This document shows positions 11,656 to 64,000 of a DNA stretch of 64,000 bases, in pieces. The notes beneath the pieces were generated by a model that was not told where the DNA came from, did no database searches, and worked only from the letters and a program-made list of their open reading frames with translations. The position numbers and the translations under genes were made by a program. Each line of letters begins with the position of its first letter. Positions within the stretch are counted from its first letter, which is position 1. Origin of the DNA: Octopus sinensis (lineage: Eukaryota); contig NC_043003.1 in NCBI RefSeq assembly GCF_006345805.1, forward strand, positions 71,734,001 through 71,798,000, in the 5' to 3' direction.

Positions 11656-12514
11656 TTAAAAAAAATTAGGAAAATCCCTGAAAAAATTTTCCCCACAAAT
11701 TTCTTTTAAATCGTAATCTATGTCATTTGAAAGGGATTTGTATAAATTTTCATTAAAAGATACCCATCTTCCTGAAAGTTGTGAGGGGAAAAAGTCAGAT
11801 CGTTTGAATTTTCTAAAGCTATTCTTTCCATCCTCTTGGAAAAATTCTTTCTCATAAATCCCTATATACTCTGAAGACAAACATCTAAGTAATATCTGTA
11901 GAAACTTTTGTTAAAAAATATCCATTTTTCTGGATATTATGAGGCAACAAAGTCAGGGGCATATACATCTGTAGTAATGCCCTTTTATTTATACGATTTT
12001 TTCATTTCAGGTTTATTTCATTCATTGTTTGCAATGTTCTCTCTCCCCCCTCTCTCCCTCACACACACACTGCAAAGTTTGCAGAAGGGTTGCTGAAGTG
12101 AAATCTCTATGTTGCTTTCAGGGGAAGATAAAACTTGACAAATTGCTTCTCCCTCTGTTGTTGGACTACCTGTTTAAAAAACTGCTTGTTTAAAAAAGAG
12201 AAATTATGACTAATAAGATAATGAAAACAATACTTACTAAGCAAGAATTGGGAAAATATTATCAAGGGGCTAGCAGAAAACCGTCCGGAGGGTAGTCTTT
12301 CTGCTAGTACTAATGATAATGTGTGTGTGTGTGCTTAAATATATACATATAATGGGCTCCCACAGTGTTTCTGTTCAATAAATTTTACATCTAGTAGAAA
12401 ACACCTGACCAAGATGTTATGTAGTGGAATCAAATCCAGAATAGCATAGTTATAAAGGAAATTTTTTAACCATGCACCTGTAATACTGGTACCTTTTATA
12501 TTTTATCTATCTCA

Positions 12515-12885
12515 GCCACTTGCCTGTGGCCATACTGGGGCACCACTTGAAGAACCTTTTAGTCAAATGAATCGACCCCAGCACTTTGTTTCTTTAAGCG
12601 TGGTACTTATTCTATCTGTCTCTTCTTGCCAAGCTGCAAGGTTAAAGGGACGTAAACAAACCAACACCTGTTACCAATTGGTGGTGGAGGATAAATACAC
12701 ACACACGCACCCATATATATATATATATGATGGGCTTCTTTCAGTTTCTGTCCACCAAGTCCACTCACAATACTTTGGTAGGCCAGAGGCTATAGACGAA
12801 GACACTCACCCAAGATGGCATGCAGTGGGACTGAACCCGGAACCATGTGGTTCGAAAGAAATCTTCTTACCACTAAGCCATTTCT
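12515..12885 (-). mobile_element. SINE family A (diverged)
   Basis: gggcttctttcagtttctgtc...gcagtgggactgaacccggaaccatgtgg. Confidence 0.85.
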
Positions 12886-13354
12886 AGAATCCACAACTAA
12901 ATTGGGCAGCTACAACACTTCGTTCACTGGGGTAGTGGGTTCACGTCCAGCCCTATGAACTTTTCTTTAAATTGAAAATATGGATGTAATACAGCGTATT
13001 AAGATTTGTTAAAGTTTTAACAATGTAATTATACAGTAGCGGAATAATACTGTTGATTATTTGTTTCCTCAGTTTTGTTTTGGGGTTAAGGTTGTTTGCT
13101 TCTTGATGTAAAGTAAAAAATAATAGACAGAAGAGGTGACATCTGTATAACAAGGAATATAGCTTTCAGAGATATCGCAAAGAATGCACATTCAATCCTA
13201 TCCATATGGACTTTTATACCACCTAAAAGAATCAAATGTAAAAAAAAAAATTGAAAAATTGAAGTTTATTTCATGAATCCAATCATCTTATAGTTTTTAA
13301 AATAATTGTGGCATTTCAATTGGTTCTGTTAACAACAACAACAATAATAACAAT

Positions 13355-13813
13355 GGTTTGAAATTTTGACACAAGGCCAAGAAGTTTGAGGCAGGGGTAA
13401 ATCGATTACATCAATCCCAGCGCGCAACTGGTACTCATTTTATCAACCTCGAAAGTATGAAAGGCAAAGTCAACCTCAGCAGAATTTGAACTAAGAATGT
13501 AAGGACAAGACGAAATACTGCTAAGCATTTTGACTGGCATGCTAACGATTCTGCTAGCGCATTGCCTTAATAAACACAATGATAAATAATAATGATAATT
13601 ATCCTTTCTACTATAGGCACAAGGCCTGAAATCTGGGGGAATAGGATAGTTTATTACATCGGCCCCAGTGTCCCACTGGTACTTAATTTATTGACCCCAA
13701 AAGGATGAAAGGCAAAGTCGACCTTGGCAGGATTTGAACTCAGAACATAAGGACAGACAAAATGCCGCAAAGCATTTTCACCAGCACACTAACAATTCTG
13801 CCAGCTCACCACC

Positions 13814-13815
<2 letters not shown>
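13355..13815 (-). mobile_element. Two SINE family B copies just 3' of the TMC stop
   Basis: Family B core twice (about 13355-13568, 13605-13815). Confidence 0.8.
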
Positions 13816-13848
<33 letters not shown>

Positions 13849-13891
13849 CATAATAATAATATCAGCATTAGTAATAGTTGCAATTTCTGAT

Positions 13892-59266
<45,375 letters not shown>

Positions 59267-59439
59267 CTGAAATATCAGCGAAAGTGAAAAATAACAATCT
59301 GATGTCTTTTAATTAAGGTTAAATGAATCCAGAGCTAGAAGAGGACTAGGATACTATAACCTCCCATTATAACATTTGAAATAAGTATGACGAAATGTGA
59401 ATAAATTAATTCCCCTCTAATGAGATATAATGAATGTAT

Positions 59440-59815
59440 ATATCTTTTAACTTTTACTCGTTTCAGTCATTGAACCGTGGTCATGCTGGGGCACCGCCTT
59501 GAAGTGTCTAGTCGAACAAAATCAACCCCAGTACTTATTTTTTGACTCTAGTAATATATTCTGAGACCCCCTTCGGACACGACACAGACCATGGGATTGC
59601 ACCTAGAAAGTTACCCTCCCAGACACAAGTCCGGGTAAGGTTGTTTATGGAAGACCAGCAGTCGCTCATGCATACCGGCCTCCCCTCTCCACCCACCAGT
59701 GTTATCCAAGGGAAAGGCAACAGCCGATACAGCTTGGCACCTGTGACGTCGCAACTCATTTGTACAGCTGAGTGAACTGGAGCAACGTGAAATAAAGCGT
59801 CTTGCTCAAGAACGG
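59440..59815 (-). mobile_element. Fused SINE fragments (family A tail plus family D-type body with another tail)
   Basis: GAGCAAGACGCTTTATTTCACGTTGCTCCAG..CAGCTG..AAATGAG body resembles 42560-42610, followed by a different 3' sequence. Confidence 0.7.
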
Positions 59816-60264
59816 TTATATATATTTCCCACGAATTCATAAAACTATAAATAGTTTGTAGTAATGATTAAAATTAGTAATCGGGGATTAGAAACAGACT
59901 ATACAAATAAAGTAATAATAATACTAAGACTATAATATAACCCTAAATTATCGACTACCGGTGCAGCTGCAATAGTAAGGCTAAGATATAGTTTTTATAG
60001 AGGATGGTAGAGTAAATTACACAAGTATAAAGTGAAGAAGATAAAACCAAAACAAAATAAAACCAACTTAAAGCAAAAACAACAAAAATAGAAATGAAAA
60101 TAAAAATGAAAATGGAAATATAAGGAAAGGGATATAGAGAAATAAAATGGGTATTTTCTTGTCAACATAATAAACAGAGTGAAGGAAATGGAATACTTGT
60201 TCACCCATTATGTCTGTGTATTGCATGATGTTATTTATTTAAAGGGTACAATACATATATTTAG

Positions 60265-60318
60265 GCGCTACTAATAGTTTCAGATGTTGAGAAATACTCA
60301 AACATGTTCTTCAGGCGC
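60265..60318 (-). ncRNA. Type I hammerhead ribozyme motif (sense to TMC pre-mRNA)
   Basis: GCGC-CUGAAGA-ACAUGUUUGAG(uauuu)CUCAACAUCU-GAAA-CUAUUAG-UA-GCGC; complete core, GUA cleavage triplet. Confidence 0.8.
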
Positions 60319-60536
60319 AAATCACATACCATAACGAACTAAAGAAATTGAATGATAGAAGAAATGCAAAAAAACTGAGAAGATAGCATATAGAAAACGC
60401 AGAAAGTAAAACGAAAACATTAAAACTAAATTGTAAAAATAAAAAGTAAAAAGAGGAAAGAGCTATGCCCCTTAGACCTCATATTTCTCGCGTCTCTTCT
60501 ATTATTCAATTTGTTTTATTTCGTTATATGTGGTTT

Positions 60537-60590
60537 GCGTCTGAAGAATATGTTTGAGTATTTCTCAACATATGAAACTATTAGTAGCGC
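60537..60590 (+). ncRNA. Type I hammerhead ribozyme motif
   Basis: GCGU-CUGAAGA-AUAUGUUUGAG(uauuu)CUCAACAUAU-GAAA-CUAUUAG-UA-GCGC; predicted cut after A60586. Confidence 0.82.
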
Positions 60591-61539
60591 TAAAAATATG
60601 TATCGTGCCTTTAAAATAAATAATATTTATCTCTCACCAGATGGAGTACTTTTTTGTTGAATTTTCAATCACGGAACAGTACACTATCTTTTTTCTCGCC
60701 CCTCCTTAATTCTTCTGTCCCTCTGCTTCTACTTCTCTCTCTTCTCTTCCCACGTGACTGCTGGTCATCCTAGCCTGTTCTTTCTTTCTTGTTCTGACCG
60801 CTGTCCGTGCAACATCGATATTCTTCCCTGTGTTTGTGAAATTTTTGTATCCCTGCTGTAAGGCTTCATTTCCACACGCACCAGCTTAATTCAATTCGTT
60901 CTTGGTCGAAAGACACCTGTTGTTATGTCCTGTTATTATTTCTATTGTATTTATTATTGTAATTATTTGTGTAACTTTGTCCGTTTTTTCTGTCCTTGTT
61001 TTTGTATACATTCGCTGCTTTCTTCCAAGGAATCTATGCTCTTAGTTTAGTTTTCATTTGGGACTGGCCAGATTGAAGCAATCTTAAGAATAATCAACCG
61101 AAATTGCGACAATAATCTGGTGCTTGACTGAGGATAGAGGGCTTCGAATGATCCGTCCTTGTTTTTTTGTATCGTCTATCTGGATGTTTTGCTGTCCCTT
61201 TTTATATCACCTAGCTGTGCGGATGTTTTGCAATTTTGTCCCACTTTGTATATATATAACTGAGAAATATATGTGTGAAAGCATTTCAATTCATTATCAC
61301 TGGGATTTCCAGATTTTGGAAAATCTCGCTAGTGCAAGTGCAGCCAGTCGAAAATTCTGCATATGAATGCGAAAAGCTTTCAAGAGTTATCGGAAGAAAT
61401 ATGTGTTCGGTTTCAGGGCCTTCCACTCGACGGCTTTATAGCGCACCGGCCCCAGTTAATGATGTGAGGTCCCACCTAATGTTTTGATTCGACTGCAAGT
61501 CCATTTCAAAATCATCAGCCAGGTTTCATCATTCCTTTT

Positions 61540-62230
61540 CAGTCGCATCCAATCGCTAGCCCCCTCAATTGTCGACTGGTTCTCCTTCAAGATAGCATGC
61601 GTACCCGATTTTGGACACCAGTTCATAGCAGGTGCCGTCTCAGTCTGCTCTCAGTAAAGCCCCTACATCCATCTTCTAGAGGAAAGTGTAATGCACTCCA
61701 ACCACGCTCGTCTTTCTTAACCTGGGCTGCGTCTAAATTATCTTCGTGTTGAACAGTTAATTCAACAAAATATATTATTTTATGCTCCTCACACCATATT
61801 GTCACATTCAGCTTCTTCCTTGTGGTATTAGAAAGAGGCATTCACACTCTACAAGATTTGCTGCTACCCCATACTCCGTTCCATTCCTTTTCCACGGTTT
61901 TCTCTTGCTTTGGGAAACAATGCTGACCTCGACAGACAAACGTGATGAACCTTTATTGCCTTCCTTCTTCAGTTTCTTGTCACCACTGATTGCTTCCATC
62001 TGCTTCTTGGTGGTACTATAGAGAATTTTGAGGATCTCATCGTGCCTCCGTATATATCTTTTCAACGCTATTGAGCAGTTAAAACTTTTCCGCATTTACA
62101 TTTGTCGTCGTTCGCTATTTTCCATCTCAACAGATTGCGTGGCGATTTTTGCTGTTAAAGCCATCGATCTCCATTACATATTTAAGCACTTGAATTTCTT
62201 CGATTTGATCAACAGCTGTCACCGTGCTAT
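61540..62230 (-). pseudogene. RLE-LINE C-terminal fragment (HERO/NeSL-like)
   Basis: RYIRRHDEILK; IWCEEHKIIYFVELTVQHEDN..AQVKK; GW...FPLEDGCRGF. Confidence 0.75.
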
Positions 62231-63289
62231 GTAGAAAGCCATAGATTTTCATTCACTTGTACAACTCAGTAGTGGGGGGTGCTTTTCGTTATGGCCTAGA
62301 TAGTAAAGGAGCACAACATTTTTCTCAATTAAATGGCGATGGGTGTTTGGAAGAGGAGAAGATACTACCACACATCACTCGCAGATTATCTGGTAGGCTT
62401 CTGCACATTTTCATATATTCAATTTTACTCATAATATTTGGAACAACTTAAGATAACGCGCAGCCGGATCGAAACTGAATCCGCGTGATTACGAAGCAAA
62501 GCTATTAATCATACTGCCACTCCTATCTGAACAAACTTCTGTCTGCATGAATTATGATCATCTGATACAGCAATCGCTGTATCATACAAATAAATCATTT
62601 ACATGCATTATCTCTATCATGTTATATAACAGACGGTGTATATATTTAATGAAGTGAGATGCCTAGAGAACTTAGGCTTTAAATATTACAATGGTCATTT
62701 ATATATCTGGTGACAAACAATCCTGTCTCTAGTTCGTTCTCAATCTAAAAACTTATTGCGAACTTTATGTGCGCGCGCGATTAAGTGTGCAAGCTCTCCC
62801 CACTTGCAAATACTATATATTCTTTAAGCGACACACAGTCGCTGATCTCGTATAGAGAAAAACGACTTGATTTAAATCTCTGAGCGAGAGATATGCAGTA
62901 ACAGTTATGTGCCAACAGAATGTAATGTTTATATGCCAATAGAATGTGGAAGTCCTATAAAGGACGATGTTACTGTTGTTTTAGCCCCAGGAAAACATCT
63001 TTTCCAGCTGGCTTTCGACACACAGTTTGTGTCCGTATAGCATTTTCAAGGGTCGCTGCAATGGTATAGCGGAGTATATAACTCTCATGTTGCTGCTATT
63101 AAAACACCTTAAAGACATGGATTGGCGGATAATTCACCCTCAATCCCATTTGGGAGTGATGGACACCGATGTTTCCCCATTCTTGTGGCTTATCAACACC
63201 ACCTGCCCCCATAGGTTGAAGGCGAATCAGCTAGGCTAGTCAATTAGGCCTCAAAATCCCTATTACTACTAAAGTTGATTTTTTTAGAT

Positions 63290-64000
63290 GTTTACCTAAA
63301 TTTAAACTCCCATTCATATAAGCCGTATCATAAGCCAAACGAGAAGCTCATGCATAAAAAGTCCTTTCATCCATCCCTATAGTCTTTAAAAATCTGATAG
63401 CTAACATTTGTAATACGATATCAAACATATCTTCTAAACAAATATTTGATAAGGTAGCCAACAGCGGCTTCAGAGATAAAATATATTACAACGCCTTAAG
63501 TAAAAATATGAATCGTAAAAATAGACAAAACAATGAACCTAGGAAAATAATTTGGTTCGCCCCTCATTTCACCTTTAATGTTAAGACTAACGTAGGCAAG
63601 AAATTCCTGTCGCATCATTTTAGATAAACATTTTCCAATAAATCATAAATACAAGAAAAATTTTAATAGACGCTCAATGAAAATACCATACAGGTGCTGC
63701 CTCAATATGAAGAACATTATAACTCGCAAAAATTACCAAGAGACGATTCCCAGTGGTAACTACCGAGACCATGAAACTCGCCCACTTGACCAGGCTTGTA
63801 TGATAAACTCCGTCATATTACGAGGCAGAAGTTACAGCTACGCTACAAAACAAATCATTTGAAAAGAAGAATTACATCGGGTTATACGAGGGTGAATTCA
63901 AGAGATATCCAAACCACCCATTTTCTTTCCGGCATATCGATAAAAGTAAGGAAACAAAGTTGGCTAGCCACGTATGGAATTTGAAGAGCAGCTCCACACC
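63290..64000 (+). pseudogene. Penelope-like element: RT thumb, Cys linker and GIY-YIG endonuclease, frameshifted, runs off the window
   Basis: YKPYHKPNE, KIIWFAPHF..NVKTNVGKKF, YRCC.NMKNII, PLDQAC..NSVI-YEAEV, NYIG..EGEFKR, ETKLASHVWNLK. Confidence 0.85.

Larger units (their letters stand above)
60231..60623. repeat. Inverted repeat, about 135-bp arms (60231-60367 / 60490-60623), 122-bp spacer; each arm holds a hammerhead
   Basis: Arms align by eye with scattered substitutions and small indels. Confidence 0.92.

Noticed and set aside
61120-61155. CTGAGGA...GAAT motif
   Set aside because: No GAAA and no convincing stems.

Overview
AT-rich, intron-rich animal genomic DNA, not prokaryotic. The SINE families and microsatellite load look like a coleoid cephalopod (Octopus), from recall rather than a search. 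The main host feature is largely missed by the ORF track (only one exon appears in frame): a minus-strand transmembrane channel-like (TMC) gene. I reconstructed 12 GT-AG exons by hand (59266 to 13892; 1533 nt = 510 aa plus stop; every splice phase matches). The protein is closer to the TMC4/5/6/7/8 type than to TMC1-3, and its 5' exons probably lie beyond the right edge. The rest is repeats: two abutting minisatellites (34-bp and 10-bp units) at 0.3-4.6 kb; a Merlin-type MITE; a full-length but frameshifted IR/DR Tc1; Helitron-like elements; RTE, R4/Dong-like, L1/Tx1-like and Penelope-like LINE relics; several tRNA-headed SINE families; and many foldback hairpins. The most notable signals are (i) type I hammerhead ribozyme motifs, including two complete copies in a divergent inverted repeat about 1 kb upstream of the first TMC exon in the window, (ii) a 34-bp satellite matching an internal SINE segment at 29/33 nt, (iii) a shared 3' stem-loop linking an RTE LINE to two SINEs with different heads, and (iv) retroelements stacked in (AAT)n tracts. 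All alignments and folds were done by eye; repeat boundaries are approximate and family names come from motif recall.
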